Shown here: piece by piece, positions 1 to 26,653 of the stretch
Layout of the letters: each line of letters starts with the position of its first letter
Position numbering within the stretch: position 1 is the stretch's first letter
DNA from: Macrostomum lignano
Lineage: Eukaryota
Direction: 5' to 3'
Length of the DNA stretch: 64,000 nt
Assembly: GCA_002269645.1 (NCBI GenBank)
Contig: NIVC01002733.1
Span: 1-64,000 of the forward strand
Translations under genes and position numbers: made by a program
The notes under the pieces: model-generated
Told to the model about the DNA's origin: nothing
The model's database searches: none
Seen by the model: the letters and a program-made list of their open reading frames with translations, nothing else

Positions 1-459
1 ATCCTAAGATTCGGTCACATGCAGAGAGGCACTAGAAGCCATAGATAATTCAATATCGTTATATTACAGAACTCTGCTTCAGATTGCATGACATCGAAGG
101 CGCTTGAAAATGTGCCACTTCCATGGTTACGAGACAAGAATATGCTATTACTAGCGTATACGTGCACTGTAATATTAATTATTATAGAATTTTTTCACAC
201 TTAAGTTTGTTCACGTGCTCAACATTTTCTTATCAGAGATTGGATCAGTGAAATGCTAATTGATTACTCTGCATATAGTGGCGAAACGGAAGCTCTTTTA
301 TTGACGTTTGACACATTAATGGCTTTATGGAGTTTTTTGTCTATAGTAGGCGTATCTTCTGATCTTGTTCGAGCTTTGTCGGGCTCCTTGATGTATTAGC
401 TAACGGCAGCAAAAATGGAGCAGGGCCAAGCACGTGACTCTTCTCTTACTTCACACTCA

Positions 460-1560
460 CGCCTCCTAACTATTTTTAACTTGGCGCCTTATGACCATTT
501 GAACGTGCATGGCGCCTTCTGAAGTTCTAAACAATTAAACTGGGCACCTTCTGACCATGACTGAACTTTATGCCTCCTGACCATTTTAACTGGGCACCTT
601 CTGACCATTTTAACTTGGCACCTTCTGACCAATTAAACTTGGCGCCTCCTGACCATTTTAACTGGGCGCCTTCTGACCAATTAAACTTGGCGCCTCCTGA
701 CCATTTTAACTGGGCGCCTTATGACCAATTAAACTTGGCGCCTCCTGACCATTTGAACTGGGCGCCTTCTGACCATGACTGAACTTTATGCCTCCTGACC
801 ATTTAAACTGGGCGCCTTCTGACCATTTTAACTTGGCGCCTTCTGACCATTTTAACTTGGCGCCTCCTGACCATTTTAACTGGGCGCCTTCTGACCATTT
901 TAAATAGGCGCCTTCTGACCAATTAAACTTGGCGCCTCCTGACCAATTGAACTTGGCGCCTTCTGACCATTTTAACTGGGCACCTTCTGACCATTTTAAC
1001 TTGGCGCCTTCTGACCAATTAAACTTGGCGCCTCCTGACCAATTGAACTTGGCGCCTTCTGACCATTTTAACTGGGCACCTTCTGACCATTTTAACTTCT
1101 GACCAATTAAACTGGTCCAATTAAACTGGCGCCTTCTGACCAATTAAACTGGGCGCCTTCTGACCATTTTAACTTGGCGCCTTCTGACCAATTAAACTGG
1201 GCGCCTTCTGACCATTTTAACTTGGCGCCTTCTGACCAATTAAACTTGGCGCCTCCTGACCAATTGAACTTGGCGCCTTCTGACCATTTTAACTTGGCGC
1301 CTTCTGACCAATTAAACTTGGCGCCTCCTGACCAATTGAACTTGGCGCCTCCTGACCAATTAAACTTGGCGCCTCCTAACCAATTGAACTTGGCGCCTCC
1401 TGACCAATTGAACTTGGCGCCTTCTGACCATGATTAAACTTAGCGCCTTCTGATCATGATTAACCTTGGCGCCTCCTGACTACTTTAAACTTGGCGCCTT
1501 TTGACCATTTAAACTTGGCGCCTCCTGGCCATAATTAAACTTGGCGCCTCCTGACCAATT
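460..1560. repeat. Minisatellite, ~24-bp unit (TTAACTTGGCGCCTTCTGACCATT variants)
   Basis: Direct tandem repetition; explains the NLAPSDHF-type ORFs at 570-1437. Confidence 0.95.
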
Positions 1561-1689
1561 AAATAAGATGAAAATCATAAGTATATAGCTAGACTATATT
1601 ATAACAAAAGCGACCGTCTCTGCCAAGAAGAAACAATTGTCACAATAAAAATTTAGCACCAAAAAAGCATCATTTTTGCATTGCTTTGC

Positions 1690-1770
1690 CCTTTTGTAAC
1701 TGGGTGTATACTTCGGTCTCCTCCTTGAACTCGAATAATTCGTCCATGTTTGAAAAGCGTTCGGCAGGAA
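1690..1770 (-). CDS. Candidate extra 3' exon of TTLL10-like copy A
   Basis: Acceptor ttctatttag| then an open, coding-looking frame (PAERFSNMDELFEFKEETEVYTQLQK). Its phase 1 matches a possible donor TTCG|GTATTT near 2170 in the preceding TTLL exon. The donor of this exon is unclear (possibly GC). Confidence 0.3.
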
Positions 1771-2162
1771 CTAAATAGAAAATATGCGTTCGGGTTTGTA
1801 AATTTCATTTCTTTGTTATAGCGAATTCAAAATTCAAAAAAAGAAACTTATTGACAAAAATTGAACACCCTTTTCTTAGGCCACGACTTTTTAGGAGATA
1901 CAATTTTTTGCCTCAAAATTCTCCCTGAAAAAAGCCACTTGACCCATCCCCAGGACGCTACTTAGATCAGTAGTCTAAGTGGGACATTTTTCCAAACATT
2001 ATTTTGAGTTGTCTTGCAAACCCTTGTTTTTTTCCATTTCTAAAATTCGTTCACGCGCGAGTTGTTTCTTTTTGATAACCTAAAAAATGCAGAGCATCAT
2101 AAAGAGCTTAAAGTCTACTAGAAGTAATCAGTTCAGACTTTGTGTCTCTCTTAAATTCCGAC

Positions 2163-7414
<5,252 letters not shown>

Positions 7415-7877
7415 CTGAAAAACAACTGCTATTTTTTTAACGACAATTTGCTATGCTTGGCAAGCCATGCTGGGCAAAAATTGTTCGCGTCTGGTCTTGG
7501 CTCTCTCGTTTGAAGGTTAGGCGCCTCGTATTGTGGGAATTTAAGAAGCACTGTCTATGGCCCGCAGGCGACTTGGGCGGACCCTATAAGCTAATTCTCT
7601 TCTTGATTGCAGCACCAACGTGTCGTACTCATAACGGCAGGTTGTGTCGTTCTGCCGTATTGATGGCATTTGGAATAAAAACTCAAGAAGTCAGCAAACA
7701 AAAAGTCTTCGTGGTGACCATAGACGCAAAGTTCAATCTCGTCTGTCGATATGTTGATCCAGTTTCTAAGCATAATTAACTCTCCTGAGTTATGAAATTG
7801 AATCACCTACAGTGCTATGAAATGCGTCACTTGGGGCTGATGCAATCTGAGAGCACTTGACCATTTGGGGTTGGGAA

Positions 7878-8749
7878 GCCAGACACTTAGGTGCAAGACA
7901 CTTCGGTGCAAGACACTTCGGTGCAAGACACTTCGGTGCAAGACACTTCGGTGCAAGACACTTCGGTGCAAGACACTTCGGTGCAAGACACTTCGGTGCA
8001 AGACACTTCGGTGCAAGACACTTCGGTGCAAGACACTTCGGTGCAAGACACTTCGGTGCAAGACACTTCGGTGCAAGACACAAAGGTGCCAGACACTAAT
8101 GTCCCTGACACTTCGGTGCAAGACACAAAGGTGCCAGACACTAATGTCTCTGACACTTCGGTGCAAGACACAAAGGTGCCAGACACTAATGTCCCTGACA
8201 CTTCGGTGCAAGACACAAAGGTGCCAGACACTAATGTCTCTGACACTTCGGTGCAAGACACAAAGGTGCCAGACACTAATGTCCCTGACACTTCGGTGCA
8301 AGACACAAAGGTGCCAGACACTAATGTCCCTGACACTTCGGTGCAAGACACTTCGGTGCAAGACACAAAGGTGCCAGACACTAATGTCCCTGAAACTTCG
8401 GTGCCAGACACTTCGGTGCCAGACACGGTACCAGACACTTAGGTGCCAGACACGTAGGTACCAGACACGGTACCAGACACTTAAGTGCCAGACACTTCGG
8501 TGCCAGACACTTATGTCCTAGACAATGCGGGGCCAGACACTTACGTCCCAAACAATTTGGCACCTAAGCGTCTGGCACTGAAGTGTCTGGCACCGAAGTG
8601 TCTGGCACCGAAGTGTCTGGCACCGAAGTGTCTAGCACTTAAGTGTCTGGTACCGTGTCTGGCACCGAAGTGTCTGGCACTTAAGTGTCTGGCACCTAAG
8701 TGTCTGGCGCCGAAGTGTCTGGCACCCCTTAGTGTCTGGCACCGAAGTG
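7878..8749. repeat. 15-bp satellite (GTGCCAGACACTTCG) arranged as an inverted repeat (foldback-like)
   Basis: Forward units 7878-8550, loop CAA at 8553-8555, reverse-complement units (CGAAGTGTCTGGCAC) 8556-8749. Confidence 0.9.
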
Positions 8750-9086
8750 AAGTGTCAATCTACTCTGAAGCAACAATGAAAGAAACAATTAGCAAGCCAG
8801 AAAGCCACAGAAATGATAATTCTTTACTGGTTTATTGAGATATCTCGTTTCGTCTTCTAACACGTGGCAACTCATTCTTAATACGAGGCCATAAAAAAGC
8901 AAGCTTCAGTTTTACCCAATTTGTATCTATCTGTTAATGAGTGCAGAAATGTATGACAAAATAAATACATTGAACTCAATGAATGCTCTTGTTTTTGAAA
9001 GGCCTTACTACAATTTTCGATTTAAACATGCATACGCTTATAGTTGAAGTTCTGTTTGGGTATTGCAAGTCTCAGGTTGAAGTCAG

Positions 9087-12000
9087 TCAGTACAGACTGG
9101 TTGAAGTCTGGCCATCGAATATTAGCGAATAATTATTTTGAAACACCAGCGGATAAATGAATTTGAATTTGCGCGATTTGTAGACCACTTCCAGAGCGAG
9201 ACCGACTGCCTCCTGGATGACGCCAGGCATGAGGCGTTTCAGCACCTCGGTGTGAGTTGATAGCGATGGACTCGAGTTGATGTCAATTAGCCATACCTGT
9301 TAGTTTTGTCAGTTTTAATTTGTTTAAATAGACTTAGGGCATTATTGAGCATGGGCAAAAGTCTCAAGTGTTCATGCTGGACGATCGATAACTTTCACTT
9401 TACAATGTGGGGACCCTGAAATTAGATCTTAATACCTGAAAAATGCGATCTCTAACTAGGGGATTAACATCTGGATGATGGGATCTCTAATTAGGGAATT
9501 AACACCTGAATGATGCGAATCTTCAATTAGGGGATTGTCACCTGGATGATGGGATCTCTAATTAGGAGATTAACACCTGGATAATTAGATCTCTAATTAG
9601 GGGATTAACATCTGGATGATGGGATCTCTAATTAGGGGTTAACACCTGGATGATGGGATCTCTAATTAGGGGTTAACACCTGGATGATGGGATCTCTAAT
9701 TAGAGGATTAACACCTAAATGATGGGATCTCTAATTAGGAGATTAACACCTGGATAATTAGATCTCTAATTAGGGACTAACACATGGATGATGGGATCTC
9801 TTATTAGGGGATTATCACCTGAATAATGACGAATGAATTTCAACAATTTAAAATTGAGCCTCACCTGCATTCGACTGTCAATAAGAAAGTCGCAGCCGAA
9901 TATTTCGAAGCAGCGTCGCCCCCGAATCTCCATGCCGTTCATGAGGGAGACAATGTAGCCCAGAATAGCTTTAATCCTTGGGTGCAGCCGGTTGTGCACC
10001 CAGTCCAGACCAATGTCCAACTCCCTGTGACGCTTGTTAAAGTAGCAGTTCAACTCCCCTGGCGACCATGTGGTGGCCTCTTTGACCCTCTGGTAGCGTG
10101 GATCGCGTTTTTGCAGGGCCTGGTTAGTCAGGTGCACAGTCAGGGTTGTGCTGTCCTTCTCGTAGCGTCGGCAGGTTAGCCGAACGTATCCGGGATGGTA
10201 GAAAGCAAACAGAGTGTTCTTCTCCTGATGCGGTACTACTAGTAGGAATACGCGCAAATCGAACTTGCGCTTGTCAACTAGCAGAGGGTCGTCAATGTAC
10301 CTTCATTTGCGACACAGAAGTTTAGAGGGCTCGATCGTTTCACGATGTCGAAATCAGATTAGGATTTTATTTGGGATTAATACCTGGATCAATAGTATCT
10401 CTAATTGGGGGTGGTTATTACCTGTATCAGGTAATCCCTAATTAATAGGATTGATATCATGGGTTCTCTAATTTAGAGGATGAATCCTATAAGATCTCCA
10501 ACTGGCGAGAATAATCCCCGGATAGTGGGATCTCTAATTAGGGGATTAATACCTGGATAGTGGGATCTCTAATTAGGGGATTAATACCTGGATAGTGGGA
10601 TCTCTAATTAGGGGACTAATATCTGAATGATGGGATCTCTAATTAAGGGATTAATACCTTAATTATCGGTATTATGGAGAAGTTATGGCAATGTGAAACT
10701 TCGATTTTCTGCAAGCAAACAGAGAGCTCACTTTTGCACCAGAATGTCGCCGGCGTTGAAATTTTTAAATTGCTCCTGAACCAGAGTGGCGAACTCTTTT
10801 AAGTCGCCGCTAGATCGATAGAGCTTGAGCTCGGAGCCCTGGCTTGAGTTGCTAGGCTTCAGAATCCAAGTTGTCCCCGGTCGCTCTGGAGTGGGTTGGA
10901 GAATCTGTGAGAAAATTCTCCTGAATGCAATGAGTCTATATGATGCAAGGTTATTTAGTGCATTCAGTGTCCTGGCAACCGTGTCACGTGTATAGCTCTG
11001 GGGCGTGCTGGAGAGGCTGAGGCAGTGAATTCTGCATAATATCGTTTGATATTTAATAGGCATTCGCTAGGGTGCATCAGAGGAATGTACTTTTACCTGA
11101 TGCACTGTTGGACTGCCGAATAAGTGATGTAATAAAAGTGACAAACAGTTGTTAAGTGGGACGTGTTAGATAGGGGGTGCCAAGTGTTAGATTAGGAATG
11201 TCACATATTCGATAAAGATTTTACCTGTTAGACAATAAATTTCACCTGTCAGGTAAGGAATGTCACATGTTAGATAAAAAATGTCATCTGTTAGATTGGG
11301 AATATAACCTGATAGATAAGGAATGGTACGTGTTAGATAACGAATGGCACATGTTAGATAAGGAATTCACCTATTAGATAAGGAAATTCACATGCTAGAT
11401 AAGGAATGTCATCTGTTAGATATGGGATGTCATCTGTTAGATATGGGATGTCATCTGTTAGATATGGAATGTCATCTGTTAGATAATGAAGGTCACCCGA
11501 TAGATATGGAATGTCACATGTTAGATATGGAATGTCATCTGTTAGATAATGAAGGTCACCCGATAGATATGGAATGTCACATGTTAGATATGTAATGTCA
11601 TCTGTTAGATAAGGAAGGTCACCCGATAGATATGGAATGTCACATGTTAGATAAGGAATTTCACATGTTAGATCTGGAATGTCAAATGTTAGATTAGGAA
11701 TGTCCCCTGTTAGATAAGGAATGTCACATGTTAAGTAAGCATGTACTGTGTAGTCGGAAATATTGTCGAAAATTCTATATTTAATGAATAATTACTGTTT
11801 CAACTATAATTTTAATTACATTATGACCATTGAAGTCAAAAGGGTTCTAAAAAAGGACTAAGTTATGTTGATTAAAGTTTCATAATAATATCCCCAAGCC
11901 ATCAGGTTTTTCAGTTTCAAGAACACTCACGAATTTCTCGTCTAAACTCGTCGCTCATGGGATGCAGCAGGTAGGACTTGGGCAGCAGAGCGTTCATCTG

Positions 12001-15000
12001 AAGTTCGTCCGGGGCGTGCGGACTTCGGTTCATCCACAGCAGCTTGTACAGGCCGCACTTGCTGGACATTCGAATGCGACAGTTGATTCGGCTCAGGATT
12101 GAGTCCTCTGGATGGATTTTAGACTGTTTCTGCTTTCAAACTTTTTTTTTATTGAAAAAATTAATTTCTCTTTTCTTGTAAGATAGGGATGTCACGTGTT
12201 AGATAGGGAATGTCACCTGTTAGATAGGGAATGTCACCTGTTAGACAGGGAAAATGTCAACTGTTAGATAGGGATGTCACGTGTTAGACAGGGATGTCAC
12301 GTGTTAGATAGGAATTTCAGATGTTAGATAGGGAATGTCAGATGTTAGATAAGGGATGTCAGATGTTAGATAGAGAATGTCCCCTGTTAGACAGGGAATG
12401 TGACCCGTTAGATAGGGAATGTTACATGTTAGGTAGGGAGAATGTAATATGTTAACTAGGTAATGTCACTAGTTAGATAGGAAATGTCAGATGTTCGATA
12501 GGTAATGCCACCTGTTAGATAGGGAATTAACTTTTATTCATTAAGCTTGTGCACACTCTCCCGCTGCTTGTATTAACCTGGATAAGCTGCCGCAGAGGCG
12601 TTGGCGGACAAGCCGGAGTAGCCGTAGCGCCACACTAAATGATGCGATCGTTTGGTGATGGCCACCTGGTTGACCTTGGTCCTGTCCTGCCACCGCAGGT
12701 GCGACATCAGCTCTTCGATCCTTTGTGAGATATGGATTTTTTAGAGGGGGGGGGGAAACAGTGTCAGTAGGGGGTACTAAACTGGGTGTCCGAGGGATAC
12801 TAAACTGTGTGTCCGAGGGATACTAAACTGGGTGTCCGAGGGATACTAAACTGGGTGTCCGAGGGATACTAAACTGGGTGTCCGAGGGATACTAAACTGG
12901 GTGTCCGAGGGATACTAAACTGGGTGTTCGAGGGATACTAAACTGGGTGTCCGAGGGATACTAAACTGGGTGTCCGAGGGATACTAAACTGGGTGTCCGA
13001 AGGGTACTAAACTGGGTGTCTGAAGGGTAACAAGCTAGGTGTCCGAGGGGGTACCAAACTGGGTGTCCGAGGGATACTAAACTGTGTGTCCGAGGGATAC
13101 TAAACTGGGTGTCCGAGGGATACTAAACTGGGTGTCCGAGGGATACTAAACTGCGTGTCCGAGGGATACTAAACTGCGTGTCCGTACTAAACTGGGTGTC
13201 CGAGGGGTACTAAACTAGGTGTCCGAAGGGTACTAAACTGGGTGTCCGAGGGATACTAAACTGGGTGTCGGTACTAAACTGCGTGTCCGAGGGATACTAA
13301 ACTGGGTGTCCGAAGGATACTAAACTGGGTGTCCGAGGGATATTAAACTGGGTGTCCGAGGGATACTAAACTGGGTGTCCGAGGGATACTAAACTGGGTG
13401 TCCGAGGGATACTAAACTGGGTGTCCGAGGGATACTAAACTGTGTGTCCGAGGGATACTAAACTGGGTGTCCGAGGGATACTAAACTGGGTGTCCGAGGG
13501 ATACTAAACTGGGTGTCCGAGGGATACTAAACTGTGTGTCCGAGGGATACTAAACTGGGTGTCCGAGGGATACTAAACTGGGTGTCCGAGGGATACTAAA
13601 CTGGGTGTCCGAGGGATACTAAACTGGGTGTCCGAGGGATACTAAACTGGGTGTCCGAGGGATACTAAACTGGGTGTCCGAGGGATACTAAACTGGGTGT
13701 CCGAGGGATACTAAACTGGGTGTCCGAGGGATACTAAACTGGGTGTTCGAGGGATACTAAACTGGGTGTCCGAGGGATACTAAACTGGGTGTCCGAGGGA
13801 TACTAAACTGGGTGTCCGAGGGATACTAAACTGGGTGTCCGAGGGATACTAAACTGGGTGTCCGAGGGATACTAAACTGGGTGTCCGAAGGGTATCAAAA
13901 TGGGTGTCCGAAGGGATACTAAACTGGGTGTCGGTACTAAACTGGGTGTCCGAGGGATACTAAACTGGGTGTCCGAGGGATACTAAACTGGGTGTCCGAG
14001 GGGATACTAAACTGGGTGTTCGAGGGATACTAAACTGGGTGTCCGAGGGATACTAAACTGGGTGTCCGAGGGATACTAAACTGGGTGTCCGAGGGATACT
14101 AAACTGGGTGTCCGAGGGATACTAAACTGGGTGTCTGAAGGGTAACAAGCTAGGTGTCCGAGGGGGTACCAAACTGGGTGTCCGAGGGGTACCAAACTGG
14201 CTGTCCAAGGGGTACCAGACAGGGTGTCCGAAGGGTACCAAACTGGCTGTCCGAGGGGTACCAAACTGGGTGTCCGAAGGGTGCCAAACTGGCTGTCCGA
14301 GGGGTGCCAAATGCGGTGTCAGGCAAACCGAGTAGACCGTTAATTCGCAACAAAATTGAATAAAGCCGCTCAATCCGATCCGTCAAAAGCTCACATCTCG
14401 GCTCCCAACGTTGATTCCAAAGAATAAGTGCCCAGCAGAGTGGGATATGTGTCCAAGAATATATGGCACTTATTAGCCAACGGGTACGGATATTTCACCA
14501 GCTGGTTCTCCATGATTCTCTCTAATTTCGAAGCCAGACCAGTGTGCACTGTGCACTGAGTGTCCCTGGTCTGCGCGTCGCGGTCCTTGGAGCCGCCGGC
14601 GAAGCCGCCGCCCTGCGAAGCAGCCGTTGCGGCGGCTTGCTGCTTGAATTTCTGCGTTTTCCGAATCTTCAGCAGGCAGGGCGGCCGAGCCGGGTGCTGC
14701 TGCTGGCTCGGCGGCTTCACGATGGTCAGGCGGACGCAGTCGCCTTGGATGGTTTTGATGGCTCCCTCGTCTTCGGGACTTCGGTCTTGCTGTTGGGGTT
14801 GCTGCTGCTGCTGCTGCTCCTGCTGCCCTCTTGAGCACAGATCGCTGACTGAAGATCTACAGAGATGAATTGTAGGTGTTAGTAAAAATATTATCAATTT
14901 TAATAGGTGGATTAATCTGTGGGACCTGAATGTGTAGATCGGAATAAATTCAATTTAGAAACTCATATCTCTATTTACTAGTATAGCTTCTATTTTATTC

Positions 15001-15749
15001 CTAAGTTCTAAGTCTTAAGTTCTAAATGCTACCTAATTATGAATACGTTGAAATCCCAAATTTTACCTAATCTGAATTTGTAGAGAGTTCTCAATTCTAC
15101 CTATCTATAATCAGTAATGTAAAAGAGTCCTAAATTCTACCTAATTAGGAATACGTAAAAGTCCTAAATTCTACCTATTTAGGAATACGTAAAAGTCCTA
15201 AATTCTACCTAATTAGGAATGTGTTAAAGTCCTAAATTCTACCTAATTAGGAATGTGTTAAAGTCCTAAATTCTACCTAATTAGGAATGTGTTAAAGCCC
15301 TAAATTCTACCTAATTAGGAATGTGTTAAAGTCCTAAATTCTACCTAATTAGGAATGTGTTAAAGTCCTAAATTCTACCTAATTAGGAATGTGTTGAAGT
15401 CCTAAATTCTACCTAATTAGGAATGTGTTAAAGTCCTAAATTCTACCTAATTAGGAATGCGTAAAAGTCCTAAATTCTACCTAATTAGGAATGTGTTAAA
15501 GTCCTAAATTCTACCCAACCAAGATTTTCTGAGATGTTCTAAATCTAATTTCTATCATGTTAGGTTATTGTGATGTTCAAACTTCTACCCAATTGCAACA
15601 GTAAACTAGGATTAGAACAGCTCCATAAGGCAATAAATATTCCGAACTCACGGATCCTGTTGACTTCGCGATTGACTTGGAGCAGCAGCGGTTGAGTCTT
15701 TAAACTGGTTAATCTGCAAGGGCTTGCTATTGCTGAAGGCGTTGGCCAT
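9087..15749 (-). CDS. TTLL10: Tubulin glycylase TTLL10-like, copy B, 576 aa, 8 exons
   Basis: Exons 15652-15749, 14395-14856, 12578-12720, 11931-12107, 11097-11112, 10732-10920, 9865-10300, 9087-9296. All phases agree; total 1731 nt. Motifs WILKP, QKYIDDPLLVDKRKFDLRVF, YVRLT, HLTNQALQK, FGCDFL, VWLIDINSSP. Confidence 0.88.
9420..9800. repeat. Intronic 35-bp minisatellite (second array at ~10370-10660)
   Basis: Unit CTGGATGATGGGATCTCTAATTAGGGGATTAACAC repeated in two neighbouring introns of TTLL copy B. Confidence 0.92.
11150..12530. repeat. Intronic ~21-bp minisatellite in two blocks (11150-11740 and 12180-12530) flanking an exon
   Basis: Unit CTGTTAGATAGGGAATGTCAC and variants. Confidence 0.9.
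12770..14310. repeat. Intronic 23-bp minisatellite (CTAAACTGGGTGTCCGAGGGATA)
   Basis: About 1.5 kb of near-identical units. Confidence 0.97.
15125..15515. repeat. Intronic 34-bp minisatellite (CTAATTAGGAATGTGTTAAAGTCCTAAATTCTAC)
   Basis: Roughly 11 tandem units in intron 1 of TTLL copy B. Confidence 0.95.
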
Positions 15750-16109
15750 TTTTCGATAGCCTAAAACTCAATAAACTACCTTATATTTTCCCTAATGAAC
15801 CTAAGTATAAGTACTGGCTACGGAACTGAAATTCTAGAAATTTCTGCACAACAAAATCCGATGCCTTTTTTCCGCTGCGTTCGAGGATTAAATAACAAGG
15901 CTCAGACTCAGACTATATGAGTGATGAACAGCCACCGAATATGCAAACAGATTTGATTTCATACTCACAGGAGTAAATAGGAAATACCTAAAGGTTTCAC
16001 TTTTAGCCATAGACAAATTACGGCAAACTAACTGATGTACTGACGTATGAATTTCGCTTTTTTGGCTTTAGAAATTTTGGTGGCCGACCGTTAGTTCGGC
16101 GCCTTAAAG

Positions 16110-16245
16110 ACTCAGGCTCCTCAAAGACCTTAGTTAGGCGCCTCAAAGACCCAGTTAGGCGCCTCAAAGATTCAGTTAGATGCATCAAAGACCCAGTTAG
16201 GCGCCTCAAAGACCCAGTTAGGCGCATCAAAGACCCAGTTTGCGC
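16110..16245. repeat. Short 21-bp tandem repeat (TTAGGCGCCTCAAAGACCCAG)
   Basis: About 5-6 units. Confidence 0.85.
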
Positions 16246-18664
16246 GCTGCCAAGGCCTAATGAAGCGCGCCAGAGATTAGGACCTCATATATCGGTTCAA
16301 TATGGGCTAACACCCTCAGGCTCTCGCTTCTCCCCTGACCGAACTCATCCCTGAAAAGAGTCAGCCTACTCAACTGGGTTGATTTTTCATTAAGGCAATT
16401 TGCCAATCATTAGTTAATCAACTCGCCTATCGAAGAAAAGCTTCCTAACTCCGATGGGACCATAATAAACAGACTTTGTCAGCATTTTCTGCATGCACGT
16501 TTCATGAACTAAAATTGGTATTCGACCCTAACAGCAGGAGTCTGGCGCCCTTCACCTCGCATATAGTGCCTTCTCTTTACCTTCTCTCTCCTTCCTATCT
16601 CTCTCTCTCTCTCTCTCTGTATCTGAGCTCCGAGCTCTGTACCAATCGATATTTAGCTTGGAGAGTCTAGGTGATTGAGTTACTGCCCATGTCCTCTCTT
16701 TCTGATTCTACACAGCTACAGCCCTGTCTGTCTGTCTGTCTGCCCTGCCCAAATCCTTTCTGTCTTCTATCGCCCGAGGGCTGATGCAGTCGTGCACACT
16801 GCAGGATCGTGGTGGCAGAATCTGAGGGTTTCCAGTCCGCTTATAGCCAGGGACGGCTTACGCTAGACATCTGAGTTGTACCCTAGGGCTTGCGCATGCA
16901 TCCATGTTAAATATCGTCAATGCTAATTACTTATTCTGCTGAAAGTAAAACCAGCATTTTATTTTTCTGAAGGCTTGTGTTGAATTGATTTTGCGGATGG
17001 GTATGCGGCACGCAAATTTTCAGATATCCTGGGTGTGAATGGAGATTTTTCATCTCGTATCCAGATTTTCTGTGTCCGAAATTCCCGGCTGAGTGGGCTA
17101 CTTCCTATCTACAGCTTAAATTGCCGCTGCACAGGTCTGAATGACACGGACTAGCAGGGGGAGAGCAGAAAAGGACTTTTAAACCGGGCTAGCGATTCCT
17201 GCTCTGGCCTGCGTCAAGGAAACCTTTGAGGCGGAATCTGGAGCTGCACAATTGTTTCCTTTGTGACCATTAACATGACTGGATGGACAAATTAGTAATT
17301 TTTACATTGCGCCAAGGTTAGAAAAAATTATCTAAAATTAAAACTTCACACGTCGGTATTTGCCTAGAAAATGTCGGGAGTGTCGTCTGCAGTTTCCGTA
17401 GGCACTAAATAAAGATAGCGGAATTTCTGCATTGTCTTCTACTAAATCAATCATAACTACAGTTATGCTGAATCGAATTATCTAAACTTGGACTCATTTT
17501 AAAGCTGGATAAATCTGTCATGTCTCAGTGGAAAATCTTTAGATTCGGGGTGATAGGCTACAAGCTTGTTTCGATGGAAATTTTGAAAATACAAAATTTA
17601 TGAACTAGTCGTCGAAATGCTGCACTCAAATGCTGCTACGTCATGTCTGAAAATGGGGTGGTTTTAAGGAAATATTGTTGCCTCCAAGTTCTGGTTCTCG
17701 GACTCCTTGGCCTAATCACCCTCTACCTTCGCGCTGCCGAATCTGCAGGCAGTCAGTCAATCCCCCGCGTAAGCACCGCCTACGCTTTATTGCCTAGTCG
17801 TCTCCTATACACTCGGCTGCTCGCATCCCCAAAGGCTTGGGAGCGAGGAAGCACGACCCGAGGCTGCTTTCATTCACTTCTTTCTCTCTACCGTTCTTCT
17901 TGTCGAACGGAGGGATCGGGATCTAGGAACTGTCTCCCTCCTGTTCCCACCCACAGTACGTCTCCCCCCTTTTTTCCTTTAATCCCGCAGACTGTGCGCT
18001 CCCTTCACCCCGTCGCTTATCGATCAGCCGGACTCCCGTCCCTATTAGTCGAATCCTTCCCTTTTCTGTTCTGCCTCTACCCCCTCCAGCCTGCACGCGC
18101 TCCCACACTAGCGCACACAGTCCTGACCTATTGCCGCTATAGGAAACATCTTATAGTCCATCTCGCCTCTTGCTTCTCTTCTCTCTCTCCCATCTCCTTC
18201 TCATTCCGTAAATTTCTCTCCGTTTTCTCTCCCGCTCGCGCGCGGGCGCGCACTCAACTCCGGCTAACCGTGGCATCCTCCTAAGACCCAGACTCCGTAC
18301 CAAGTCCAGCTCTCCGCTGCCTCCTCTGTCCCTCTGCTATTCTCTTCTCTCTCCCCTCTCCCCCCAAGCCGTCTCAGAGTCTAGCGGGGGGGACACTAGC
18401 TAATCTCCTCCTCTTCCTTCTTATTCAAGCGATTTTTTAGCAGAGAACGCGGTTCAATACCCAAGCACAGATAGAAGCCACAGCAGGCAGCAGCTGCTTG
18501 TCGGAAATCCAACAGAAGCTGACAACACACACATATTAGAATAAAACAATTTGTCAACAAACAACACTTGACAACGCCGTGATCAAACTATCAAACGCAG
18601 CCGTATAGCTAGCCAGTTTTTCAAGCCAGTTTGAGTAGAATTCAATCAATAGCAAACAACAGGC

Positions 18665-26653
<7,989 letters not shown>

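Noticed and set aside
7807-7864. Possible first exon of TTLL copy A (MVKCSQIASAPSDAFHST)
   Set aside because: Its available donors are phase 0 or 1 but the acceptor at 7414 is phase 2; the start may instead be the internal ATG near 7353.
17643-18284. 213-aa ORF upstream of G-alpha-o
   Set aside because: Pyrimidine-rich, promoter/UTR-like sequence with GTG-free but featureless composition; no homology cues or supporting splice structure.
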